The notes under the pieces were generated by a model. That model had not been told where the DNA came from, ran no database searches, and saw nothing but the letters and a program-made list of their open reading frames with translations. This document shows positions 24,328 through 38,986 of a DNA stretch of 64,000 nt, one piece after another; the stretch's first letter is position 1; each line of letters starts with the position of its first letter. Where the stretch lies: contig OZ024742.1 of assembly GCA_964016885.1 (NCBI GenBank), positions 207,638,001-207,702,000 of the forward strand, given 5' to 3'. This stretch comes from Eledone cirrhosa (Eukaryota). The position numbers were made by a program, and so were the translations under genes.

Positions 24328-24333
<6 letters not shown>
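23910..24333. repeat. Long fold-back palindrome (about 205-bp arms)
   Basis: AAAAGAATAGAAGTGTGACACACG... / ...CGTGTGTCACACCTCTATTCTTTT with a short central loop near 24115-24127. Confidence 0.92.
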
Positions 24334-24358
<25 letters not shown>

Positions 24359-24480
24359 AATCCCACCTAATGTTGAGATATCATTTTGATCGTTTGAACT
24401 GCTGCTATTTCTGTCTTTACACACGGCACTAGACAACATTGATTCCGTCCTCATTCACAACTCGTGAATCACACTTCTAT

Positions 24481-24654
<174 letters not shown>

Positions 24655-24814
24655 CCCCCCTAATGTTGAGATAACAATTTGGTCGTTTGAACTGCTGCTA
24701 TTTCTGTCTTTACACACGGCACTAGACACAATTGATTCCTTCCTCATTCACTCTCATTCGGCGCCAGTTTGTGATTTGAACTCGGGATTTTTATATTCTC
24801 CGAGCGAGAAGAAC

Positions 24815-24893
24815 CTTCTGACGGGAGTCCCCTTCTCAATGATAGTCCCCTGGATTATCCATTTATTTGGGGATTTGAAACCGCACGGTAAAG
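24815..24893 (+). ncRNA. Hammerhead fold with A9G core change
   Basis: CUU-CUGACGG-GAGUCCCC..GGGGAUUU-GAAA-CCGCACGG-UA-AAG. Confidence 0.55.
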
Positions 24894-24963
24894 TTACATA
24901 TAGTAAGTACAGAGTACTTTTTAAAATTTATTTTAAAACTTTTTCTCTATTTGCTAAACCTTG

Positions 24964-25013
<50 letters not shown>

Positions 25014-25366
25014 TAAATAAATATATATATGAAGCGAAATCCTATTTCTATACTATTATAAGTTGAGCCAACTTGTGCAGCTTCATATGCAAATTAATCA
25101 ACTCATTTACACACACGAGAAAACTATATATTCTCGACTGTTTTCAAGTCTAGCTGTTGTGAGCGGTGGGAGAGACCTTCCTGAATAAGGCCAGTCAAGC
25201 CTGAAATACATAGACGGATGTCATACTTCCTTCTGCTGGACACCACCAGAGGGCGTCAGCCCTGGTGTTTGCATAGCTACGGCTTCCTAAAACCGTGTTT
25301 CTTTAGAAATACGAAATTTCTATACATATTTGTATAACGCTATGCTTGAAGCGAGATCATATATAT

Positions 25367-25424
<58 letters not shown>

Positions 25425-25425
<1 letters not shown>

Positions 25426-25960
25426 ACATAGAAAACAATCAAATATGTGTTTAATACATTTAAACTGGAATCATTGGAGCATATACAATGTTAAAACAAA
25501 TAAATTCCTAGTCCTTCGAACATTCATTAAGATACATTATGTCTAATTATAATTATTAGTGTCAGTTACAATATACTGAAGAATATCAATGAACAGACTT
25601 TATGCTTTCACTGCACAATTATCTTACCTTATTGCAAGTTCTCTGCTATTATTTATATTCTTGGTATGACATTCTTGATATATACATTTTTTGGTAATAT
25701 TCGTTGCATGTATAAAAAGAAGCTGTTTTAAAGCTATAGCTTCAAAACAGCTTCTTTTTATAATGCTTTGCTGTTTTTCCATTGATATTATTTTGCTCTT
25801 ATTCTTCTCAAATATAATGTATCTTAATGAATGTTCTAAAGATTAGAAATTTATTTGTTTTAACATTCTATATGCTCCGATGATTCCCTACATGTCTCTC
25901 GAATAAACGACCGTTAGCTATTAAATGTATTAAACACATATTTGATTGTTTTCGATATTT
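25425..25960. repeat. Inverted-repeat PLE-type terminal fragment
   Basis: 25430-25540 is the inverse of 25812-25955. Internal hairpin at 25711-25762. CCGAUGA hammerhead-like core shared with 37491-37534. Confidence 0.65.
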
Positions 25961-25974
25961 CTGCTCCGTAGTAT

Positions 25975-28900
25975 ATCTGATATTTGACATTGAGCTAATT
26001 TTCTACCTTTCCATGTGAAATTTGAAAAAGTTGATGAGAGATTGGCCGAAGAGTGTCTCTCTTCAGCCCTTTCAACCTGGTGCACCATACAAAAACTTTC
26101 ACTCTATATGGACTCGGCCGATAGCTGGATCCGTTCTACACGTGGCAACAGCTGTTCAACGTAACTCACAAGTCTGTAATGCATGGATATTGGACGAGTG
26201 CGTGCAGAACTGTTTCGTCATTCTGCACGCAGATCGGGCAGGTCCGTCTGAGATCACGTCGTGCCTGTAGAGTTTATCTCGAACCCTATGTGCCCCACGG
26301 TAGCACTGCCAAGCGAGTGATTTGTGGAAGTTATCCATCGTCCCCGGCTCAAAAGTGATCCGGAACAGACTGCTCAGTTCGACTTCGTCGACGCCCAGAG
26401 CTTCTCCGCCTGCCTCGTCGCACTTCCCTAACACTAATCCTCTATAGAACTCTAGAGGGGACGTTAAACTGACTGCATTGTCCGGCTGGCAGATGGCAGT
26501 GAGTGCCTGGCAACATTCCAGTCAACTAGTCTCCATCTCATCTTGTCCCAAGACCGTGGTTCAGTCAAAAAGATGAGCTGCGGAAACGCCCGTTTGAGGA
26601 ACGGCGCCCACACGTGTTCACCGTTTAGGCAGAATACCTGGAGACGCCACCGCCTCAGCACATATCTGCGCATCATTAGCCATGGAATGTCCAGCCTTCC
26701 GCGTAGAGGGTGATAGCAGCAGATGGACCGCCTCACCAAGAAGTGATCCTGTCCCCTCCACAAGAATTTGAAGAGGAGCCGTTCCAAGCTGGCGAGATGC
26801 GATGGGGGCAAGGCACGACGGTTAGGCGGTAGAAGACGACGGGCGCAATATACGCATTCACAACCCACGCCAGACCTTTCAGTGACAGCTTCCTCGCATA
26901 CAATTTTTGGATGAGACTAACTACCCTGCTCGTCACCTCGTCCTAATTCTTATCCATCTGGAGGTCTGGTCAGAGCCAATCCACGAGCAACTTTACCGGT
27001 CCGTCCGTCCAGCGCCCCACGACGCTGTTGGACGGCATGGACTTGCCTCGCCAGGTGGCGAGATGCAAGACCAACAACTTTTCCGGGTTAAGTTTCGCTC
27101 CTGTCAACCTTTCATGTTCCTCCAATAAGGTGCCGACCACCTCTATTTCCGAGGTGTTCAATACAATCACGGTGATGTCGTCCGCAGAAGCCGTCACGGG
27201 CTTTCCGCGTCTCGGTTCGAGCGAGATTCCCTGTAACAGCTACAGCTTCCGCAGTAAAGGCTCGTGAGTCAATACGTACAGAAGGTAGGAGAGAGGGCAC
27301 CCTTGACGGACCAAGTGGGAGATCTGGAACGGTTCAAAGAGGTGGTCATTAATTTTGACCATCGTACAGATGCAGCTGTGCATTGCAACGATCCAGCTTC
27401 TGAAGGTGAGGCTGAAGTGAGCTGCCTTTGAGGACAGCCTCCTTGTACAGATGGTCAACTATATCGAATGCTTTCGATTAGTCTAAATTAATCACAGCTC
27501 CACAGATGCCAGGTTTACACCCTACCCTCTCTATGATGTATTGCATGAAGTGGAGGTTTTTGTGCGTGAACCTGGCCAGGATTGCGCAAGTTTGCGCCTC
27601 CCAACCAAATTTTCATTATCTAATGTGTCCCTCTAGTTCTCGTCTTTCCTTATCACCGTCCCTAAGACCCGGCTCACAGAACTGGGAATACTACCGTTCT
27701 GCTGCCTGTTGCAGGAGACCGCTTCTAGAAGATCGGAGAACAAGCCTGGCATATTTACGTAAAGCTCGTAGGGCAGACCATCCAAACCGGGTGATTGCGC
27801 CTCGTCTAGCCGACAAGGGCATCCTGAATTTCGGTTGAAGTAATCGGCCGTTGAGAGGCGCAGCAAGTTGTTGTGGTAGGGATTGAAATTCGCTACTGTC
27901 TCGGACCCGCCACTCCGCCCGAACACCCGAGCTAAGTGCTGGAGAAAGGCCTCATACATCCGCTTCGAATCCCTCAGCTCGTGTCCGTCTCGGTTCGCCA
28001 AACACCGAATTGTGATTTTATTACCACGCTGCCCATCTGCCACGTGGCCCATCGAACAGCTTTGGTTCCCTCGTTTCGCAGAACACGCACCTCAGCTCTA
28101 ACAATGCAAACTTCGTGTTTCTCATTGATGAAATTGTCTAATGCCATTCTCGCCACTAGCATGTCAGTTACAATGCCACTACAAATAGCCTCGTCTAACT
28201 TATCTACCAGCTCCCTCTCCTTTCTATTTTACTCTAACGCTACTTCTTTGCTAAGCCATATCGAAATTAATATAAACTGTCTTTTAAGAGCCCCTACCAT
28301 CTGTTGTTGACGATCCCCATGTCAATGTTTGCTTAAATAAATTGCTGACCCGGTTCCCGTAAGTCTTACATGCCAGAAATGACATGTTCAGCTTCCAGTA
28401 ACCAGGTCATATCCTATGCGTCTTATCTAGCTCGACCATACAGAACACAAACTTGTGATCTGAATAGGCGACCGTTTAAAATGTGGACAGCTTACACTAT
28501 TTCTGTCTATTTTCCTAATGAAAATCCTGTCTATATACGATATAGATGGCCGTATGCGGTTGGTCCAGGGCCACAAAGGCGCATTAGCGTAATCTAGTCG
28601 GTACCTATAAGACAGTTGGAACTGTCTGATGAGGTACTTGAGGCTTTTGCACGCCCCGCTCCTACCGGCTACTCCACACAATGCGTCTAAGATGCCGTTG
28701 CAGTCTCCTGATAACAGTAAAGGGTGAGACGTACCCAGAAAGTCTTCCAAGCGAAGAAAGAAGTGCGGTCGTCGGGCTCCGGTAGAAGTGTAGACGGCTA
28801 CCAGTCTAAATGTATCACCATCACTATTTTCACGTCTTGGACCACAAATTTACCGTCCGGGTACCGACACCGGTGTTGACAGCAACGAAGGTTTGCGGCC

Positions 28901-30080
28901 CCGTGCATTTTTAAGTTGGGGGCAAAATGTTCTCAGGTGTGTGGCGTCAACATACACGTAACAATGCGGCCGTTTGCCCTCCGTGGCTACTTGGATTTAG
29001 TATCCATCCGGTAGTTTGATGTGGTTCGGTATGTTTTTGATGTCTTCATGTCTGATTTGGGGAAGAATCTCCAAACCAGTCCCGGACCAACTCTCTTTCT
29101 TTGTGAATTTAAAATCGATCCCAGGAGCCACCATAAATCCAGTCCTGGCGGAATCCTGGGAGCACGCACCCTTACTGTTCTCCTCCCCATGTAGGACGGG
29201 TACAAAAATATTTGGTCCGTTTTGAAGGAGACCACAGAATGCTTTATTGCAAGGGCCTCAGTTTTGAAAAGCACCAAGATGCTCCGAAATTGTCTGGCCC
29301 TTGTTATATGGTCTATGTCATTATCGATGTATTTCAGTCCTTCAGAGGCATTCTCTGCTTTTCGAAGTTCTCCTCTCCTTTGCTGCCATTACCTCTGCCG
29401 GGACGTTTAAATTGGCCCAGCTCTTCTCTCATGTACTCTTTTTGGGGGGCAAAGCCTTCCTTGTCCTCTGTAAGGTCAAAATCGTACAGCGTTTGGCTTT
29501 TTGCTACTGTGGCCGCGAAAATACTACTTTTGTTGATACTGTTGTTGTTGTCGGTCTTTTTGTTGTTGCTGTTTTTTTTTTTTGTTGAAATACCAACAAC
29601 AATATATTGTTGTTGGTATTTTCATCATTCTTCTTATTGTTGGTGGTGTTGTTGTCATATTGCAGTTGTTGATGGTGTTGCTGTCGTTGTTCTTGTTGGT
29701 GTTGTCACTGTTCCTGTTATTCTTGGTGATGCTGTTGTTGTTCTAGATGCAGTTGTTGTTGCTTTTTCACCTTCTTTCTTTGTTACTGTTAGTGCTATCG
29801 CTATTCATGCTTTGGTGGTGTTCATTTTGTGGTTGTTTTTTTTTTACATTGATTCTGTTGCATGTGTTTTGGTTGTCGCTGTTACAGCTGTTGTCGTTGT
29901 TTTTAACGTTAGTGCTCTCACCGTTCATGTTGTTTGTGGTGGTGTTGCTAAATTTGTTGTTGCTATATGTGTTTGCGCTATATGTTTGAGGTATATATTT
30001 TTGTTTCCCTCGTGTCCCTCCTCTCAACGTTTAAGCCGCTGTCACACGACAGCAGACTTAAAGTGTGGGGCATAGCCCAG
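25975..30080 (-). mobile_element. L1/Tx1-clade LINE, near full length, decayed
   Basis: Asn/Thr-rich ORF1 remnant (about 28960-30030). APE motifs LLSGDCN and SYIDRIF. RT motifs SPGLDGLPYELY, VRQGCPLSYLLY and SADDIT. Cys-rich C-terminus. Boundaries are approximate. Confidence 0.88.
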
Positions 30081-30289
30081 CCATGTTTTGTTTTGTTTTG
30101 TATTTTTCGGAAATAATCTTTATACAAAGTTCAAATGTTATAGAATCTCCCCACTCTCAGGGCAAAGACGGAAGTCTTACGATACTTTTGCAAAAAATAT
30201 AGCAACTAATACAATTGAAAAAATCTTGAAATTCCTTGTGGAACTCCCAGAAAACACGTCTTCACTGTCTGACAGCCAATAATAATAAT

Positions 30290-30506
30290 ACTGATTTCTA
30301 CTATAGGCACAAGGCCAGAAATTTGGGGTGAGGGAAATGTCGATTAAATCGATACCAGTGCATTAATGGTGCTTTGTTTATCGACCCCGAAAGGATGAAA
30401 GGCAAAGTTAACCTCGGCGGTCTTTGAGATCAGGACGTAAAAGGCCATATCTCTATGGTACAAAGCATGTTGCTAAACGCTCTGCCGATACTGTCAATCC
30501 ACCGCC
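30290..30506 (-). mobile_element. Nin-domain SINE, longer subfamily
   Basis: Same head and core, with an extra GGGGTGAGGGAAATGTCGATT segment. Confidence 0.85.
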
Positions 30507-30556
30507 CCTAGTAATATTAATTTGTAGTTATGGTTAATATAAAATAACTGAAGAAA

Positions 30557-30588
<32 letters not shown>

Positions 30589-33240
30589 GAAGAAGAAGAA
30601 GAAGAACAACAACAACAACAAGTAAAAGAAGAAATATATAAAATGTATAATAATTGTTAATGTTTATATTCGTTAAGGTCTGTATGAATTTTTAGAAATT
30701 CATTTCCCTTGTTGAATCGAGAGAATCTAAGCTTTCGAATATTTCGAAGAAGATTATGAAAACACCTCTAACAGTTTTTGTATTTGCCTCAATAAATGTT
30801 GTTATTCTGCTAGTTTAAGGAAGATTTGGCATCTATGTTATCAGAGAGTGTGTTCGAGGAAAGGTTCTTTCGTTGGTCTCTACACATCGTAACAAGAACT
30901 ATTAATCTTTCGTCAAGTCTGACATTGTATTTAAAAGGGTTTGCTAACCTTAAAACCAAGCATAGAGATAAACGCAAGCACTCTTACAAACACGCACATT
31001 TGTTTACATGCACATGTTGGCAGACACCTCTATAGACACATACAAATTCAGTGAAAACAAGATTATCACACAGAATCAAAACAAAGAGAAAGATAGTTGG
31101 AATAAATAGGTAGAATTAATACAAAAAGAAAATTGCCTGGAATAAATAAAAACAGGAAGAAAATAATACAAAAATAAAGATTCAATCTTGCTCTTTTAGA
31201 TACACTTTAGCGGTGCGTTCTCAAGCTGAGTCTCTAATTTCTAAACAGTAGATCAGCTATCAACATGAGAATCTTGCAGAAGCTATCATTTGCAGTTTTA
31301 TCTTATCTTGTCTTCTCTTATCATATTGTGGGATGGAAGTTGTGTAATGAAGCTGCGTACAAGATTCAGTAAGAAAAACACAGGATTTACGAAAAGAGAT
31401 GTCATTTAATTTGTGATACACCTACCAATACATGGCAGTTGGTACATTAAAACATTTAACGTATGTAAGTTATATGTTTAAATAGATAAATGAACCTATG
31501 AACTTGTATGTATGTATGTATGCATGAATATATGCATGTATGTATGAATGTATGCATGCATGTATGTATCTATGTTTGTATGTATGTATGTATGTTTGTA
31601 TGTATGTATGTAATGTATGCACGTATGTATATGGGAAGACGCAAGTCGATTTTTCAAGATCGCAAGGTAATGAGGTCCATTCCCGTGGCGCGTTGTAGCC
31701 TTGAGCAAAAATGTTTATTTCATGTTGTTCCACTCCCTTCAGTTGAAAGCTTTTGATTGTATTTGACATTAAATCCTCACCATTGAGATGGTCGTCTATT
31801 GGCTTCATCCATCTGCCTTATTGGATCGTAAGCTTCGCTGCAGTGTGTGTCACTCCAACATTCTATAAACTTTTGTGGACCTCAACATCATTTTCATTTT
31901 ACATTAATTACATACTTGTAATTTCTAAAATATTTACATCAATTGGGTATTCCTCTTTACTCCTCCTTAACCATGTGTTATTTGCACCCACTCTAAACAC
32001 CTAACGCCAGACATATTTTGAATGTATGAACACAAATGTTGAGAGAATCCTTAAATAGATACACGGCAACATAGCTTCTAAAACATTTATATTACACTCT
32101 CTAGACGTGAATAACAGGCTCCTCAAACAAACCCCTCAAAGTCAGTGCAAAATTGTTCCAGTCGTGGAATTTTCATATATGTAATGGCTGCCATTTCTAG
32201 CAGGCATGAATAACTACGTTGTTAGATTATCGATGGATACATACCCCCCATAGTATAGTGCTTCCCACGTGAACATATTTTACAATAAAAGAAAAGTGCA
32301 CATATGGAGCATAAACGAAATATTAATGCAGTTCACACTCTCTAGACTTGAACAACTCACAATCAAATTCCTCGGCACCGACATGATTCAACTATGTATG
32401 GCTATGTATGGCCTGTCGAGCTAACAAAGCAGCCTCTAGAAATTACAATCTAATCGTTCGTATACTAAGAATAAATTAGTCAATGAGTCCTTGATATATC
32501 AAATGGCATGATGTTCAGAGCTGAAATGTTTTCAGCATAGCTTAGTCTTATGGTGACTGATTTGAAATTAAACAGGTAGATATATTAAATATGTAAAATG
32601 TTTGATGGTTAGCTCTTAATGAAGGATACTCTCTTCATATAACGTGTCATGGGTAAAGAGAACAATGTCGTATCTTCACTAAGACTGAATATATCACTAT
32701 TTCAAAGCGGTTGTATAATCGTAAATAGATGGACTATTTTCATGATCCTCTTAATGATCGCTGCTGCTGCAACACCTGTTGCTGGCAATGATGATGATAA
32801 TGATTATGAGGATGGAGGTTATAATGATGATGATTTGTTGGCATGAATATTGTTTTTCGTTGTTAAGCCGGAAATGAGTTCTGTTCTTGCAGACATATGC
32901 GATGAAGCCATTTCAGGGAAATATTTGTAACTGCAGTATATCTAGGGCTACATTATTTCAGGTGACCTACCTATGTTATGATTGTAGGGCCTGATTTGAG
33001 TGCGTGATGGCTTCTATTTCTAGTGATTTGTGTAACGGCATGGAGGCTCCATTTTCGTTCGATTAAATGTATAGTGTACATGTCTGCACACATACACATA
33101 CACACAGTCACACACACACACACATGTGTTTGTGTGTTTTTTGAGTGTGTTTGTATCTGTATGTTTGTTTGTTTGTATTAGTAGTATGTGTGTGCATATT
33201 ATGATTATGATAGTGATGATAATATAGAATCCACATATAG

Positions 33241-33430
33241 ATAATTGTTTCTACTTTAGGCACAAGGCCAGCAATTACCCAGTTCATTACTGGTACTTTA
33301 TATTATCGACCCCGTAAGGATGAAAGGCAAAGTCAACCTCGGCGGGATTTGAACTCAGATCGTAAAGGGACGTAACTATGCTGGAAAGCATGGCGTCCGA
33401 CCCTCTACCGATACTGCCAACTCATCGCCC
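33241..33430 (-). mobile_element. Nin-domain SINE
   Basis: Full copy, TSD CATATAGATAAT. Confidence 0.9.
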
Positions 33431-36238
33431 TCATATAGATAATCCACATATAGATAATATCAGTAGAATTAGTGAGAATGATATTAGTGTGAATATATGA
33501 CTGTTTATATGTATATACGTCTATGGGATGGGATGGGAGAGAAAGAGTAGTGTTGGTATGTATGTGTATGTTTGATGTTTATATTGCAATCATGATGTTT
33601 GTATATGGTATGATGTTTGATGACGATGATGTCAGCGATAATAGTAATGACGATGATGATAATTGTGATGTCTTTCTTTACATTAATATCATTGCGACTA
33701 TATCACTATTTATGTATATCTATCTACCAAGATTCCTCTCTCTCTCTCCCTCTCTCTCTCTCCCTCCCCATCTCTCTCTCTCTCTCTCTCTTTCTCTATA
33801 TGTGGATATATAAATATATATATATATAAATACATGCAAATAAAAAAATATTATCACACATGTATGTGGATATATATGTGTCTATTTAGAGAATTGTCAA
33901 TAGATAGTTGCAATCTAACAGGGAAAAATCACCAAATGAATATTGCCTTAAAGCTACCATTTACATTGATTTCCTTGAAGAGTGACAAAATACTTAGTAG
34001 GAATGAGGGTGACATTAGCTTTAATTTACTTCAGCCATGCACCTATTATAATTTCATGAATTGGATATGAATAAAGGAACAATTCGCTTAAGATTATTTG
34101 AGCCCCATTAGTGACCAGCAGTTTGCAAATAGTGGTGTATGGTTGAAGACACCCCAACCCGTCAAAAAATAGTGTATGGTGTTGGGGGAGATGGTGATAA
34201 TAATTATAGTACTAGTGATTGTGGTGGAGGTGTCATGGTGGCAGTAGTAACAAGAGAACAACTTTTACAACCTGTCATTCTTCCATCACCAACCGGGATG
34301 CATGGTAATTGTCAGGTGTTGTTAATCTCAAATTATAGTCCGTTCTCAAAATTCGTCGCCACCATATCTCCACCTTCATCTTTTTCTTCTGTCTCATGGC
34401 GTGTTCACCTCTTTCTGTCTATCTTCTGTTTCAGTCTTTCTTTCTGCTTATCTCGTTACAGTTTCCCTCATTCCCTTTCGTTCTTTTTGTCTGAATGGTG
34501 ACAGCATGTTTGCAAGAGAAGCTTGAAATGGAAAAATGTCAATTAGATGTTTCTCTAAGGGCCATAACTATCCAGTTTCTAAAGTGATTATAGTATGGAC
34601 GTCACAAGTGCAAAAAGAACTGTCATGTCTTGGTGAGGTCATTTAGACATTTGAGAACGAAAATGACTTGATTTCTGAGTCTATTCTCACTAACAACAAG
34701 ATAATCTCAAACTTTAAACTTCTTTCATTTTATTCTTATAGCACCGGCGTGCTAATTTCAGATCTGAATAGACACACAATCGCTCAGGCAAATACACACT
34801 GACACAGACAGACACACACTGACACACACGCACACACACACCACACACACGCACAAACACACACACACGCATAAGAGTAAGCACATTGGATTATATGTAT
34901 ATTTTTTATGTTTTTGTAACCGTGGTGTACGTCAGTATGAGAGAATGAAAGATAGATAGAGGAGGGCGAGAAAAAGACAGAGAGAACGAGACAGTCATAT
35001 TAAGAGAAAAGAGATTGTAAAGTAGCACTGTGGCTTTTTAATCCAGAGAGTGCTAGCTACTTATCTTTTATAGCTTTTAAGCAGAAGAAATTATGATTTT
35101 GTTTACACTTTTTTTTTTTTATTAAATAGGCAGATTTGCGTTGCTAAAGTCATACAAGAAACTTGAGATGCTTTAAAGTAAAACAACACAGCAAACAAAA
35201 TAAATATAAACGTGATACTAAAAACTACGTTTGGAAAAAACGAAAAGTAGATTCTTTTGTGCAGCGACTGAATAAATACAAGATTGAATACATCTTAGTA
35301 TTCTATTAATTGTTATTGTTTAAATCTAGATCAAACTCGATCGAGCAGACTTATAACTAAATATCTTCTAGCTATGACCATACCATCGTTTTCTATATCT
35401 AAAATTAAATTGACGTGATCAAGGTGGGAATAAACAAAAATAATTAATGAAAAAATTGCAAAACTGACGGAGATACCAATGATTTACACATAAGAGTAAA
35501 TTATTCGTGATTGTGCACAGGTTCGAAGCATTTTTACATCAAGAATTACCAAACGTGCTCCATGAAAGAGAATAAATACAAAATCTATGTGGAGATGGAG
35601 GAAAATCAATTAACTACCTTGATCCTAGCAGCCCAGTAACAACAAGAAAGGAAATTTACCCACAACTATGACATAACTAGGACGTACATAGGTTGGAAAT
35701 TATGATGTTACTATGAAATACGAACAGGAAAGAGCAGGAAAGAGATGGTATACACATGCAAGAGAAAATAGTTCCAGAGAATGAAAATTGACCATACACT
35801 GTGGTATGCTAATCTACCGAGATTATATCATTTGACAAGTCTTACTAGTGTATATGCTTTGCTGAAGTGTCCTAATAAGATCGAAGAGCGAAACGTATCT
35901 GTTGCTTTCAAAAGGTTTGCATAATGACGAGGGCCAATCGGAAGCATTGTCATAAATTGAAAATATTTGGATCAACCGAAACTGTAGGGTATCTCTTCAT
36001 TGCTTTGCCTTTCATGACTTAAATGATATCGCGATCTTGAAATCCATCCATCCAACTATCCATACATCCAAACATACATACACGCACATAGCAACCATTG
36101 CATTAAATATTTTAGGAAATCATTCTTCCCAATATATATATATATATATAGAGAGAGAGGTAATATCCGTAGTGGTAGAGCACTCACTCCATGGGACGAG
36201 TTTGGTAGAAGTAGTAACACAACACTTAGTTCACCATA

Positions 36239-36279
36239 CCGAGAACAATTGTTTCACCTTATGCGGATCTTCAGCTCGG
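36239..36279 (-). ncRNA. Minimal type I hammerhead ribozyme, canonical core
   Basis: CCGAG-CUGAAGA-UCC GCAUAA GGU-GAAA-CAAUUG-UU-CUCGG, with palindromic stem III ACAAUUGU. Confidence 0.82.
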
Positions 36280-36319
36280 ACTGGTAATGGTTATACGGAA
36301 CAGGAAAAACGACCGTATA

Positions 36320-36359
<40 letters not shown>

Positions 36360-37631
36360 TTTATACTTATATATACCCTATATATAATTATAAACAGGAA
36401 AGGTCAGTAATTCATTACCACCTTATTACCAGTAAGAAAAATAGCTCAACGTAAATACATCAGGTATTTTACAGAGCCGGAATATAATAACCCCCATAGC
36501 ATCACATTCTATGATCAGGTCATTTCTTCACTTACCTCTATTTATCTCAAATAATAACTATTACGAATACACATAAAGTTACCACCATTTTATATAACGA
36601 CCTAACTTACTAATATTTTATTCATGTAATTAATATATGGGAAGGTAGTTATAAAATGAGACCTTTAAGGTATTATAGGGAAAAAAGATTTTATTTTAAA
36701 TTAAATATATCAATTAAAAAATAAATAGCATTATATAAAAGGATCCACTTATAACATACTATATTGGATATTAACACATAGTATTTAACTAATTGGAGTT
36801 GTAAACAACTATATATTTTCTTCTCTTATATACAAATTAATAGCCAATTACCTCCCCTTTCACATTAGCTCCCCCTAATATAGATCTCTAATTCACTTCC
36901 TGAAATTAAACCGTTAGACAGATCACTCTAGAACAACTCGAACCCTTCATAAGATTGTAATAGGACCAATATACAATCCATAGTTGTAGCTACTCATAAA
37001 CATTTACTAAAATATAACCAATGTAATGGAAAGGAAAACCTTGATATTAATACTCACAACACATACACATTTGAACATTACCGGAACAATTATCACACTA
37101 CATCAACCATAAACTTCATAGAAACTGCTTTTAATACCCAAGCATCTCTGTCTGATTAATATGCTTTTATATCTGTATTGTATTATGTGATACCTTTGCC
37201 ATACTGTGATATATATGCTTAGTACCATTGCTTGTTTCATACCCTGTTATTCTGTACATGCCCAATACCTCTGCACTCTTTCTATACGCTTGCATATCTA
37301 CTGCTAATGTCCTCGTTTTGCAAGTAACTTTCTTCTTTAATTCTTTTATAATCTTTGTCGCATCCACTGATACTGACCACATCATCTTCACTCTTTAAAT
37401 ATGACACTGCCAATGACAACACTAACATCTACGTATCTTTAAAATTGCTCTGCGGAATAGGAGGTTAATTATATGTGTAAACTTTTCTAGGGCTCCGATG
37501 ATTCCAAACGAAAGTTTGTAAGAAACGATTGGCCGCAATAAATGTTTTGAACATAGCTTTGATTATTCTGTAATTTATATACACATATATATATATATAT
37601 ATATATATAATTAAGTTAAATTTGTTTTTAT

Positions 37632-37865
<234 letters not shown>

Positions 37866-37954
37866 ATTAGGGGCTCTAACCCTAGTGCTGTTAGATCGAC
37901 TCTCCATATTTCTTTTCAATGGCTGACAATACCTTACCGGTGCCACTCGAATAA

Positions 37955-38120
37955 GGTAGTTATTTAACCCATAAATGGAGCCCTAACAGGTACTACCACC
38001 CCGGGCCAGGGCAGACCTGGGAGTCATGACAACTAAGGGATAACTTCACATTCCCCACATCTCCTGAACTCCCGAACTGGAGCCTTGCCACTGGATGTAG
38101 TTTAATGTCATACCCAGGAC

Positions 38121-38121
<1 letters not shown>
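37955..38121 (-). mobile_element. Second SINE-family fragment
   Basis: GTCCTGGGTATGACATTAAACTACATCC...GGTAGTACCTGTTAGGG, resembling a common octopus interspersed repeat (recognised from memory). Confidence 0.5.
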
Positions 38122-38213
<92 letters not shown>

Positions 38214-38259
38214 TTATATATATACATTTATATATATACATTTATATATACATATATAA

Positions 38260-38325
<66 letters not shown>

Positions 38326-38337
38326 TTATATATACAC

Positions 38338-38412
<75 letters not shown>

Positions 38413-38618
38413 TAACCCTGACCTGTTGAACACTAACTTCAACACCGCATCTTCATATAGAACATATATTTAAGAAGGCATTTTGTCAGAAAATTCACCT
38501 ATATTCAAACCGAGGAATTGACACCATATGTCCGTCGGCCAGTCTCTCTGTCTGCCTGCTGACATCTGAAAGTTGTTGTCCAGTTATATAGTTTAGATGA
38601 AGAGAAAGGATTCATCAT

Positions 38619-38691
38619 GTCTCCTTACCTTAATTGGTGAAGTGTCTATCCAGTATCTGGAAGATATGGGGTTCAATTCCTCACAGCGGCC
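38619..38691 (+). other. tRNA-like sequence (SINE head or tRNA pseudogene)
   Basis: A-box-like TAATTGGT, TCCAG/CTGGA stem, B-box GGTTCAATTCC. The acceptor stem is poor. Confidence 0.5.
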
Positions 38692-38784
38692 GATGGCAAC
38701 ATCTCTTTCCGTCTTTTAAGGGTCTTCATCTCTATTTTATAAGCTATCATTATAGCATTTTTGCGCATAAACAATTTCTTTATA

Positions 38785-38911
<127 letters not shown>

Positions 38912-38986
38912 CTGGTGTGTTATGGTCCATCTGGTTCCTTACCACAATTCCTTTGTTATATATATGTATATATATACATATTTATA

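Noticed and set aside
29212-30075. 287-aa hydrophobic plus-strand ORF resembling a membrane protein
   Set aside because: Antisense of the CAA-rich LINE ORF1 remnant.
38619-38691. Functional tRNA gene
   Set aside because: The acceptor stem and anticodon loop are not canonical; kept only as tRNA-like.
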